From assembly GCA_002269645.1 (NCBI GenBank), contig NIVC01004287.1, forward strand, positions 1 to 51,636: 51,636 bases of DNA, read 5' to 3'. Shown here piece by piece: positions 1 to 12,100 of this stretch (position 1 is the first letter of the stretch; the number at the start of each line of letters is the position of its first letter). Origin of the DNA: Macrostomum lignano (lineage: Eukaryota). Made by a program: the position numbers and the translations under genes. Under the pieces are notes generated by a model. The model was not told the origin of the DNA, did no database searches, and saw nothing but the letters and a program-made list of their open reading frames with translations.

Positions 1-1219
1 CCGATTCCTGACACATGTCTTTGCCTGCTCATGTCTTTTGCAACTCCTGAGACCTACGTACGACAACCTTTGACACCGATAATTCTTGACACCAACCAAC
101 TCCTGACAAGCAAGGCTCATGAAATCCTTACGGCTTTTGAAAAGCTGCTGGCCTCTCCACTGGGCAAAAAGTCTTGTGCAACACACACCACAAAAGTGAA
201 CTATTGTTCAATTGTATTGGCTACCAGTGGCTACAATTGCATTGGTACAAGCACTTCAAATATTTTTAGTCACTGATCGTTTGAAGTAAGCAGTTAGTAC
301 GGCCTACAGAAATTGCATATTTTGTACAATAATAGAGAATGTTTCGCATTTCGCGCTTACCTTATGCATCTAGTACAACAAATGTTACTTTTGGCTGAAA
401 TTTGAATCTATGATAATCATGTCAAAGATATAATCAGCAAGAAAAATGAATTCCCACTCAAAGTCTGCTCTAGTAGCTCCTCGCCCTCGGGCCCTGATAA
501 AAGTTGCGAATGCACTGGCTGAGCTTCTGTCTGGCGCCAAAATTCCTGTCCCTATAGGCCAGCTCGATCAGGTTCGGGTAGAGGTCCTTGACGTCGTCCT
601 GACTGGCCCGTCAGCTGGGGAGTCGGTGCCCTCCTGCAGCAGCTCCATGTCCACTCGGATCAGGTACATGGCAATCATGGCGATCAGAGCACGATCGTCA
701 CACGAGCAGGGTGGTCTTCGTGTCAGCGCACTCCTTCCTCAGGAGCCAGGTAGTACTGCTCGCTGTACAGGCGCATGCCGACCCTGTAGAATGTCGGCGG
801 CTGGCTGGGCGGGCTGGACCGCCCCAAATCCTCGTGCAGGTCTTCATAGATCAGATTCAGTAGAATATGCTTCTGTTGATGAAACAGGTGCGAGGAATAG
901 TACATTGTTGCAGCTAGTTGTGGGTTGCTTTTCTTGCCGGTAAAATAATCCAAACTTTAAAATATTAATTGATGAATAAATTTTATTAACTGACATTTTC
1001 TTGACATGCCTTATGCAGCCATATATTGCTGTTGCAACTGGGAAGATTCATACCAGATGTCTTTGGTAAGAGGGTTCCCGCATTCCACATATACGCTCGT
1101 ATGTATTGCTTAAACGTAGGAAATGTGAATGCGTGGGCGTCTTGACCTTTTCTGTAATCCAAACCCATATCCTAGCTTGCATGCTAGCTTCTATTAGAGG
1201 GCAAAAAATGACATCTTAA

Positions 1220-1320
1220 CAGCGACTCCGCATTGAGCCTCTGGCATCTCAGCGACTCCGCATTGAGCCTCTGGCATCTCAGCGACTCCCCATTGAGCCT
1301 CTTTGGCATCTCAGCGACTC
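1220..1320. repeat. 30-bp tandem repeat, ~3.3 copies
   Basis: Unit AGCGACTCCGCATTGAGCCTCTGGCATCTC at 1221, 1251 and 1281. Confidence 0.9.
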
Positions 1321-1759
1321 CATCAGAGGATGGCCTTCTAAATATCTAGCGACTCAGATTGGAGTGTAATAAATAAAATTCACAAGACTTATATTTAGAA
1401 GCCAATTCTCAGTAGCTTTGCCACAGACAGTATAGACTGAAAAATTCCCAAAAATCTAGAAGAGACTCTCGGTCGTGTGTTTTTCGTTAATTAAAAATTC
1501 GTGTCCAGGCCAGATACCTCGGTATATAGGATTAAGGCAGCGCTAACAAGCAATGAGATTGATTGCAACCGCAGGCCAGAGAGCGAAGGGGGGGGTAGCC
1601 GCCATTCGCATTGAAAAATTCATTGCTGTGTGTTTTCAAATGAAGCTGAATTTGCCTCGAAGAGGCTCAGACTTGCTGCTGTTTTGCTATTCTCAGATCA
1701 CTCATTGAATTCGGAAGCCGAGGAGATGCGAGAGATGTAGAGGGGGAGACCATAGAATA

Positions 1760-2590
1760 CAGGGGTATGAGAGAATAGAGTGAGATATGAGAGGATAGGG
1801 AGAGATGAGAGGATAGGGAGAGATGAGATTAAAGGGAGAGATGAGAAGATAGAGAGAGATGAGAGGATAGGGAGAGATGAGATTAAATGGAGAGATGAGA
1901 AGATAGGAGAGATGAGAGGATAGGGAGAGATGAGAGGATAGGGAGAGATGAGAGGATAGAGAGAGATGAGAGGATAGGGAGAGATGAGATGAAAGGGAGA
2001 GATGAGAGGATAGGGAGAGATGAGAGGATAAGGGAGAGATGAGAGGATAGGGAGAGATGAGAGGATAGGGAGAGATGAGAGGATAGGGAGAGATGAGAAG
2101 ATAGGAGAGATGAGAGGATAGGGAGAGATGAGAGGATAGGGAGAGATGAGAGGATAGGGAGAGATGAGAGGATAAGGGAGAGATGAGAGGATAGGGAGAG
2201 ATGAGAGGATAGGGAGAGATGAGAGGATAGGAAGAGATGAGAGGTGAGAAGATAGGGAGAGATGAGAGGATAGGGAGAGAGAAGAGGATAGGGAGAGATG
2301 AGAGGATAGGGAGAGATGAGAGGATAGGGAGAGATGAGAGGATAGAAAAAGATGAGAGGATAGAGAGAGATGAGATGAAAGGGAGAGATGAGAGGATAGG
2401 GAGAGATGAGAAGATAGGGAGAGATGAGAGGATAGGGAGAGATGAGATTAAAGGGAGAGATGAGAAGATAGGAGAGATGAGAAGATAGTGAGAGAGAAGA
2501 GGATAGGGAGAGATGAGAGGATAGAAAAAGATGAGATGAAAGGGAGAGATGAGAGGATAGGGAGAGATGAGAGGATACAGAGATGTCACT
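1760..2590. repeat. Purine-rich 18-bp minisatellite (GAGAGGATAGGGAGAGAT)n
   Basis: Direct reading; variant units present. Confidence 0.93.
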
Positions 2591-3439
2591 GTCAAAAGGA
2601 TGTGTGGTATCTTACGAGTATATTAAGCTTTAATTAATTCAATGAGTGCAAAAGCAGATCTCTCAATAACCCCTTGGGTATGCCTACTCAAACGCAGAAA
2701 TCCCGGATAGAAACTGCCCTGACTCACACAGAAACAATCGGCAAAAAAGAAGCAAAGCGACTTCAGCTGACAGCAGCGCAGTAAATTTAGGTTGCACATT
2801 TGACAGCGCTCCAAAAGAAAACATTTTTCCCCAGATACTGCTTTCCCCTTTCGCTCGCGAACAGAGCAGCTAGCTTCTAGTAGCAGCAGCGCCTGCCTTT
2901 GATGCGCCTGAGGCGGCAGGAAGTGCGTAGCATTAGACTCGCGTAACCCGACTGGCACGAGTCCCGCCTACGAAGCCCACCAACCCCAGCCACTTCGCAG
3001 TGGGAAATTTTCCCGAGCCTCTGCGGCTAAGGGGAAGACAGAGAGAGGGGGAAAATGATGAGTGGGGATTCCAGAGAAGACGGCGCAAGTTTTTAGGGAA
3101 GCCACTTCAACCGTGAAATGGACTTCTTGGTTGCCACGCGACTTTCAGCTCGCGGGCTCGCACGCACCGGCTTTGAATTCAGTCTCTGACTTTCTATCTC
3201 TCTCTCTCTCTCTCACGGACCTTTCTCAGCTTCTCTATCGCTTCATCCGGCCGCCTAACTGTGCGCTACCGCCTCAAACACTGGGAGCAAGCACCTAATA
3301 AATGGATAACAACGTTAATCTTGGCATTATCGAGGCACCCAGCGATGCAGAACTGCAGCGTTAGCCAAATAGGAACATTTTCCCCCTCGAATTTTAAGTC
3401 CGGTGGTGAAGGATTGCTGTGCTGCTCTGTCATGCTGGA

Positions 3440-3634
<195 letters not shown>

Positions 3635-4129
3635 CTGGCAGATTTTTAGTGAAGCGCGCCGCAAGTGTCGCTGACAGGCGCTGGAGCTGGGGGGAGGCTG
3701 GCGGGCCGGGGGTTTCGCGCGCCTGCGAGAGCGAGACCGGAGCTCCGTTCCACTGGATTGGCTGGTGGAAGAGAAGCGCGGAGAATCAACAGACAGTAGC
3801 TCGTACGAGGGTGGCGCCCAGGTTCCAGACGGGATTCCGGAGGGGTGAAACTGGGCGACTCCAGCTGCCAGTGACAGAGTTGTGTTTGCTTGCTATTTTA
3901 GCTCAGCACTCGGCCGGCATTGAATGTGCACTATTGCTGTAACTAACTGGGGCAAACTCTGGGTCCCGAATGCAGCGCGAGACAAAGCGCTTTAAAGTGC
4001 ATTAGCGTGTTTTAAATATTCTGCTTTTTGTAGCAATTTAGTTAGTTAATAGATAAAACAAATCCAACTCCTTGCTGATCTGGGTCTGTGTCCTTAATTT
4101 ATTATGCACCCCGTTGGCCTTGACTCCAA

Positions 4130-4953
4130 TCTCCAACTCGTGAATCTCAACTCGTGAATCTCAACTCGTGAATCTCAACTAGTGAATGTCAACTCGTGAG
4201 TCTCAACTCGTGAATCTCCAACTCGTGAATCTCAACTCGTGAATCTCCAACTCGTGAATCTCAACTCGTGAATCTCAACTCGTGAATCTCCAACTCGTGA
4301 ATCTCAACTCGTGAATCTCAACTCGTGAATCTCAACTCGTGAATTTCAACTCGTGAATCTCAACTCGTGAATCTCCAACTCGTGAATTTCAACTCGTGAA
4401 TCTCAACTCGTGAATCTCAACTCGTGTATCTCAACTCGTGAATCTCAACTCATGAACCTCAACTCGTGAATCGCAACTCGTGTATCTCAACTCGTGAATC
4501 TCCAACTCGTGAATCTCAACTCGTGAATCTCCAACTCGTGAATCTCAACTCGTGAATCTCAACTCGTGAATCTCAAACTCGTGAATCTCAACTCGTGAAT
4601 CTCAAACTCGTGAGTCTCAACTCGTGAATCTCAACTCGTGAATCTCAACTCGTGAATCTCAACTCGTGAATCTCAACTCGTGAATCTCAAACTCGTGAAT
4701 CTCAACTCGTGAATCTCAACTCGTGAATCTCAAACTCGTGAATCTCAACACGTGAGTCTCAACTCGTGAATCTCAACTCGTGAATCTCAACTCGTGAATC
4801 TCAACTCGTGAATCTCAACTCGTGAATCTCAAACTCGTGAATCTCAACTCGTGAATCTCAACTCGTGAATCTCAACTCGTGAATCTCAACTCGTGAATCT
4901 CAACTCGTGAATCTCAACTCGTGAATCTCAACTCGTGAATCTCAACTCGTGAA
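4130..4953. repeat. 14-bp minisatellite (TCTCAACTCGTGAA)n
   Basis: About 58 units with occasional 15-bp variants. Confidence 0.96.
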
Positions 4954-5538
4954 TGAATGAAATGAATTTCCAAGTCCCAGAAGCAAAAAACCATCTGCTT
5001 ATTTCTAAGAAAAGTCCATTAAAAAAATTCTCTAGCTTCGCATTCACGAAAGCCATTTAAAGTATTTTTTACATTCAGGAAAACGTATTTTCTATTTTCA
5101 ACTGAGAATATTCAGCCAGAAAATTAATTAAGCAGATTTCAGACGGCAGGTGAAAAAGCTCCAAGCCCTCTTCAGAGTGTTGTGTGCCTCTCACCCCTCT
5201 AGGCCAAAATCGCCTCAAACCCTAGGAGTGTTCTCACCTAAAGAAGTTGATATTAGCCCCGAACTGCGGTGATGCATACTGATTGATTGTTAATTCTCTT
5301 ACTAAGTCTCAGAGAATGAGTCCACTGAGCCCACTGACGGAGAGCCGGAACTCTCTTGGCTCTCTGTTGAAGTGCCAAAACTAATTCAGCCTTTCTGGAG
5401 CTGTTTTGAAAAGAATTGTCAAATGTAGGCAGATTCCTCGTAGAAAATTGAATTTGGTTCCGGACTCTGAATCAGCTTCAAGGACTCTCAGTTTCACAGT
5501 TGGCCACTGATCTGGAACTGCTTCTAAAATTAGCTAAA

Positions 5539-5977
5539 AGTCATTTCTGAAACCACTCAGTCATACCTAAGCCCACTCAGTCATTCCTAAGTCCATTCAG
5601 TCATTCCTAAGATTACTCAGTCATTTCTAAGACCATTCAGTCATTCTTAAGATCACTCAGTCATTCTTAAGTCCATTCACTCATTCCTAAGACCATTTAG
5701 TCATTCCTAAGACCACTCAGTCATTCCTAAGACCCATTATTCTTTCCTTTGGCCGCTCAGTCATTCCTAAGACCCATCATTCTTTCCTTTGGTCGCTCAG
5801 TCATTCTTAAGACCATTTAATCATTCCTAAGACCATTCAGTCATTCCTAAGACCACTCAGTCATTCCTAAAACCACTCAGTCATTCCTACAACCACTCAG
5901 TCATTCCTAAAACCACTCAGTCATTTCTAAGTCCACTCAGTCATTCCTAAGACCACTCAGTCATCTTAAAACCACTC
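5539..5977. repeat. 20-bp minisatellite (CACTCAGTCATTCCTAAGAC)n
   Basis: Degenerate array ending about 40 bp before the 6015 acceptor. Confidence 0.9.
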
Positions 5978-6015
5978 AACCATCCTACTCAAGCTAACCC
6001 ATCGTCACACCGCAG

Positions 6016-6158
6016 CCTCCCCGAAGATCATCTCCGGCCAGGTGCAGTGTCGCAAGCGAAACGACAACATCCCCATCATCACAGGAGTGGTCGGAGCCCC
6101 ATCGTCCATCACGTCGAATCACGTGGCCTCTTTATTGAAATTGTTCGACATACCACAG
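6016..6158 (+). CDS. mGluR-like exon (VFT: ...IITGVVGAPSSITSNHVASLLKLFDIPQ)
   Basis: Acceptor cgcag at 6011-6015 and donor CAG|gtagc at 6159. Too short for the ORF track; translated by hand. Matches the mGluR VIGxxSSxxxxxVANLLxLFxIPQ motif. Confidence 0.88.
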
Positions 6159-9100
6159 GTAGCTATTGGATTGAGTAGCTCTTGCTCAAGCTGTTTCGAT
6201 GAATGTTGTTATAGTATCTAAAATTATAGCTAAATTAAAAAACCACTTAAACTCCTGCCATTTGTCTCTCACCATCTCTGCCATTTGTCTCTCACCATCT
6301 CTGCCATTTGTCTCTCACCATCTCTGCCATTTGTCTCTCACCCTCCTGCTATTTGTCTCTCACCATCTCTGCCATTTGTCTCTCACCATCTCTGCCATTT
6401 GTCTCTCACCCTCCTGCTATTTGTCTCTCACCATCTCTGCCATTTGTCTCTCACGATCTCTGCCATTTGTCTCTCACCCTCCTGCTATTTGTCTCTCACC
6501 ATCTCTGCCATTTGTCTCTCACCATCTCTGCCATTTGTCTCTCACCATCTCTGCCATTTGTCTCTCACCATCTCTGCCATTTGTCTCTCACCCTCCTGCT
6601 ATTTGTCTCTCACCATCTCTGCCATTTGTCTCTCACCATCTCTGCCATTTGTCTCTCACGATCTCTGCCATTTGTCTCTCACCCTCCTGCTATTTGTCTC
6701 TCACCATCTCTGCCATTTAATTGTCTCTCACCATCTCTGCCATTTGTCTTTCACGATCTCTGCCATTTGTCTCTCACCATCTCTGCCATTTGTCTTTCAC
6801 CCTCCTGCTATTTGTCTCTCACGATCTCTGCCATTTGTCTCTCACCCTCCTGCTATTTGTCTCTCACGATCTCTGCCATTTGTCTCTCACGATCTCTGCC
6901 ATTTGTCTTTCACGATCTCTGCCATTTGTCTCTCACTCTCCTCCTATTTGTCGCTCACTCACCCGCCATTCTTTCACATCCAACCATATCTGCCCGCTCG
7001 CAGATCAGCTTCTTCTCGACAGCGCCTCAGCTGTCGGACAAGAACCGGTTTCCCTACTTCCTGCGAACCATACCGTCGGACAAGTACCAAGCCATTGTTA
7101 TTGTGGACCTCATCATGGCATTCAATTGGTCTTATGTGTCTATTGTGTACGAGGATTCCAAATACGGCAGAGAGGTAAGCAACTAGCAAATTCACTTACA
7201 GTCGCTAAATGAATCGAAGAGTAGAAGAATAAGATTTCGTTTTTATTTTTTTTCTATCAATCTCAGGCGTTCGAAGAGATCGAGAAGCTGTTTAGAAGCA
7301 ACAGAATCTGCGCAGCTCTGGTTGAGACTCTGCCCAGGGACTCCAAGCTGGCTAAAATTGAAGAATATTATACCAAAATTCACCGACTGGTTAAGCACCA
7401 GAGCTCTTTCGAGGGAATTGGTGCTTCGGGTGAGAGCATGGGATCTGTGGAGTGGGGTGGGTGAAGCATCGGAGGAGTGGGGTGGGTGAAGCATCGGAGG
7501 AGTGGGGTGGGTGAAGTATCGGAGGAGTGGGGTTGGTGAAGCATCGGAGGAGTGGGGTGGGTGAAGCATTGGAGGAGTGGGGTGGGTGAAGCATCGCGGG
7601 ACTGGAGTGGGTGAAGCATCGGAGGAGTGGGGTGGGTGAAGCATCGGAGGAGTGGGTGGGTGAAGCATCGCGGGACTGGAGTGGGTGAAGCATCGGAGGA
7701 GTGGGGTGGGTGAAGCATCGGAGGAGTGGGTGGGTGAAGCATCGGAGGAGTGGGGTGGGTGAAGCATCGCGGGACTGGAGTGGGTGAAGCATCGGAGGAG
7801 TGGGGTGGGTGAAGCATCGGAGGAGTGGGTGGGTGAAGCATCGGAGGAGTGGGGTGGGTGAAGCATCGGAGAGTGGGTGAATCTAAGCCCGGAGTCCAGC
7901 AGCTGTGCACACCCAACCGACAAATCGCAGGCGTGGTTGTATTCGGCTCAGACCAGGAAGTTGGCGACTTCATGTCGGCAGTGCGCGACCTGAACTACAC
8001 GGACAAGTTCAGCTGGATCGGCTCGGACGGCTGGGGCGCCCGGCCGCTGGTCTACAAGGACAACACGGAGCGAGTGGTGAGTCCTGGGTGAAGCCAGGGC
8101 CATGCATGCTGTACTTCCCGGATGTGCTGCTGAGATTTTTATCGAAGCTTCTTCAAGGCCTTCAACGCAATAAAAACAAAAATTGAAGTATGCTTTCAGC
8201 TGTAAAAGATATGGGGAAATGAAAAGTAGATAAATTTTGAAAGATTTATTTAGTTCAACTGCAGTACAGAATCTATTTTATTAAGGGTTTAATTATCTAT
8301 TCAAAACCCCAAGAGCACCGGAAGCAAAACTATTAAGGCTTGGTCTTAGTTGATGCCATCAGTATATTTAGTAATAAAGCAGAAAAATGTCTCTTAGTTC
8401 TTATAAACTATGAGCGCAAGAGAGAATTTTGTGGATCACCATGGACAGCTGAAGCTGAAAGCCGCTGGACTCGCAAACCATGCAGATCTCCTTGCGAAAA
8501 GCATTGTCGAGATGGGAAGCTTTCAGTTTTTAGCAGTGCTGAATTCCCAACATCTCACCTGCTGGACTTCTGAATTGCAAATGCAGCCAGCAGGTGTTTT
8601 GCCCGAGCTGCGTAGACAATTTCGTTTTAAAAATGTTTTTAAAAAGTATTATTATAGCGCGGCGAAGATAAGAGACATTTTTGTTTCAGGCCCCCACAGT
8701 GCCCGAACTGTCTCTAGCAAACTTACAGAAAAGTACCTTTCAAGGACTTCTCAAAATGGTATTTTTTTCTCGGTCAAAAGCCAACAAATATCCGTTTTGC
8801 GAAATCCGATTAGAGAAGAAGCAGGACAGTTCCGTGCAAATTTAGCCCGGCAAAACTGGCATTTTCTCTCCCGCCAATGCAAGCGTAAAGCAGTGATTGA
8901 ATTTGATTTCATTTTTGCTACTCATTTCCTGTCCTCATCCAATGGAGGACAAATGCAGAAGGACGCTGCACTCGCAGATTTCGCAGCGAACTGCATTGGT
9001 GAGATGGGAAGTTTTTTAGTTTCTCAGCACTGAATTCCCAATGCCTCACCTGCTGGATTTCCGAATTTCAGATGCAGCCAGCAGGTGTTTTGTCCGAGCT

Positions 9101-12100
9101 GCGCTCACAAGTTCGTCGTGAAAAATTTGAAAAAGTATTTTTAGAGAGCGGCAAAGATCAGGGACACTTGTGTTTTCTAAAGGGATTTTGCAGTTTTGCT
9201 TTGAGTGGGGTTTGGCCATAGACAAATCCGTCCAGACAAAACACTGCAGAGACAGGAGCAGCTGCAATTTCGCCGCAACTTTGCTTGCTTGCTTGCCGGT
9301 CTCCGGCAGCAGTTCATGAAAAAGCAGCTTGATAAACTTGTGAGCGCAGCTCGGACAAAACACCTGCTGGCTGCATTTGCAATTCGGAAGTCCAGCAGGT
9401 GAGAAATTGGGAATTCAGTGCTGAAAAACGGAAACGTCCCATCTCATTTCGCATGCGAAAGTTGCACGATTTTCACGAGCAGCGTCCTTCTGCTTCATCT
9501 GTCCAAGTAAGTCAGGCCTGACAGACGGTACTCAGGTAATTCGATACGGACTCTCTTCGTCTTACGAGCTAAAATTGATTCCTGGCAGAAATCCCTTAGA
9601 TCGATGGATTTGATTCAACCGAAACTCATTGCGATGTTCCCGCTAGCTAGCGTCCGATTTCGTAAAGCATAGAAAGCTCTACAAATTTCTCTGAATGGCT
9701 GCGATTTATCGATTCAAGACAGCTCGCATGACAACTGATGCACTATTAATGGGAAAGAAATGTGAGCTTTGAAACTGCCAGCGTAGAGTCATTTATAGGA
9801 AAGAAACCAGCTAAGCGGCAAGCGTCCCTTACTTCGACTCCGTGCGCGGCCGCATTCATTTGGCTGACGATTGGAAAGTCGAAGGGCAGCTCTACACCCT
9901 GTATGAGCGCTTGAGTTGTGTGAGTATGAGCTCACGTGTCAGCGGAATTGGTTGTGGGACGATGGTGCCCGCAGCCCTACTGCGAATATATTTATATATA
10001 CCTGCATAGTTTTACAGTAGATAAACCAGAAACTGCAAGTGAAGACTGCTATCGAAAGAAACAAACACCCCACAATTCCAGGTAGAAGGCGCCGTCACGG
10101 TGCAGCCGCTGGCCAAAGAGGTCGAAGGGTTCAAGCGCTACTTTCTCGGCCTCACGCCGGCTGACAACACTCGAAACCCGTGGTTCACCGAGTTCTGGGA
10201 AGACTACTTCGAATGCCGACTGCCCTGGGCCACGGAGACGCCCTACAACCAGCAGTACTACAGCAGCTGCTCGCCACACCTGCGCATGGCCGAGACCGAT
10301 AGCAAGTTCCTGCTCGAGCAGCAGCTGCAGTTCGTCAGCGATGCCGTCATGGCTTTCGCCGTGGCTCTGAAGGTGAGCTTTAGCGCTCTGGCTAGCGTAT
10401 AGCAATTAGTTGGAATCCGTGGTGGGAGCACGAGAAATGGCTGCCGTGAATTTTGGCTCCTGGGGATTTTCCCGCCTACAGTATCTTCTGAGACGAGGAC
10501 AGTCAGCAAGCCTATTGGTGAACTCGCTGTCAAGCAGCTCGATGCAGCCCGCTTCCAGCAGCAGTCACAGAGTCCTTTATAGTCTGTGTCCCTGTAGCTA
10601 ACGCCCCTTATGTAGCTGGCGCCCCCTCTGTAGCTGGTGCCTTCTCTGTAGCTGGCGCCTCCTCTGTAGCTGGCGCCTTCTCTGTAGCTGGTGCCTTCTC
10701 TGTAGCTGGTGTCTTCTCTGTAGCTGGCGCCTCCTCTGTAGCTGGCGCCTTCTCTGTAGCTGGTGCCTTCTCTGTAGCTGGTGCCTTCTCTGTAGCTGGT
10801 GCCTTCTCTGTAGCTGGTGTCTTCTCTGTAGCTGGCGCCTCCTCTGTAGCTGGCGCCTTCTCTGTAGCTGGCGCCTTCTCTGTAGCTGGCGTCCCATCTG
10901 TAGCTGGCGTCCCATCTGTAGCTGGCGTCCCATCTGTAGCTGGCGTCCCATCTGTGGCTGGCAAAGCTCGGCGGACAAATCTCACAGACTCACTTGTAAC
11001 AATACTAGATATTTAAGCATCAATCCGCAATGCATTGTAGAACATGCGTCAGAAGGTCTGCACTAAAGGCCTGAGCAGAGAGCAATGCATTGAGCATCTG
11101 GCTACGAATGGGGCCGAATTGTTGCAGGAGCTGAAGACGGTCACCTTCACGGGTGAGTTAGACTTGCTGTGATACTTACTGTTCTAGGAATTGCGTATTA
11201 TAGCAAAGAAGCAAAGAGAGGAGAGGGTTAGCATCAGACGCACTAGTAAACCATAGTCAGCTGAAGCAGAACGTCGCTACACTTGATATTCTTAGAAATG
11301 GCTGGAGACTGATAGGGAACGCCTGTTTTTCGTATCTTAGTGTACTCCAGAGAGCGCATAGCGCTGGATGAGGATTTGCCATAGACAAATTGGGGCAGAA
11401 AAATCCGATTTCTTCAGAGCAAGAACAAGGGAAAACATGCACGAAGTCCACGCTTGTGTGTCGGTGTTGAGAGTCGGATCAATAAGAATATTCGCAGAAG
11501 GCCTACGGGCACCCTGAAATGGCCCCATAACCAGCGCTGACGGCAGTTCTGCTCATTCCGCTGACTCCTGAGCAACATACAAGCGCACCAATACTGTGCG
11601 CAGGCACGCAATGATACATACGCTCACACAGGGTGTACAGCGGCCCTTTGACTTTCTAATCGTCAGGCATGTACACTCTAAGTGTCATGGGGGTTGGTCC
11701 TCAGGGTTTGAATCGCACGACGAACCCAAATAAATCATCTATTTCAATAGATGTTTTTGTCGTCTCCTAAATGAGGGTTTTTTTCGATTTGGCTGACTTT
11801 CTGCAGGTTATTTATTTGTCTGTTTGACTAAAATAGATTTCTGGCTGACAGCACACAGATCGCTAGCAACATATCGGCTTAATTATCTAATTCTGTTTCT
11901 CCAGAGCGCGCGCCTAACGAAACAAATAGCAACGGCTAGCAGAGGGACTCGATCGCAATTCCCTTAGTAATCCCCATAGTTGCTGCTTGATGCAGATTAT
12001 CTCTACAATAGCTGAATAGAGGCCTGCAAGTCCAGATTGCTGAAAATTGATGCAGAGCAGCTGATAAAAGAATAAATAGCCGCCCCCCCCGATCGAAGAA

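Noticed and set aside
723-725. In-frame TGA as selenocysteine or readthrough
   Set aside because: The same frame hits another stop 12 codons later, and the plausible peptide continues in other frames.
8692-8702. CACAGTG heptamer at the start of the duplicated element as a Transib/RSS end
   Set aside because: No matching inverted heptamer, nonamer or 5-bp TSD at the other end.
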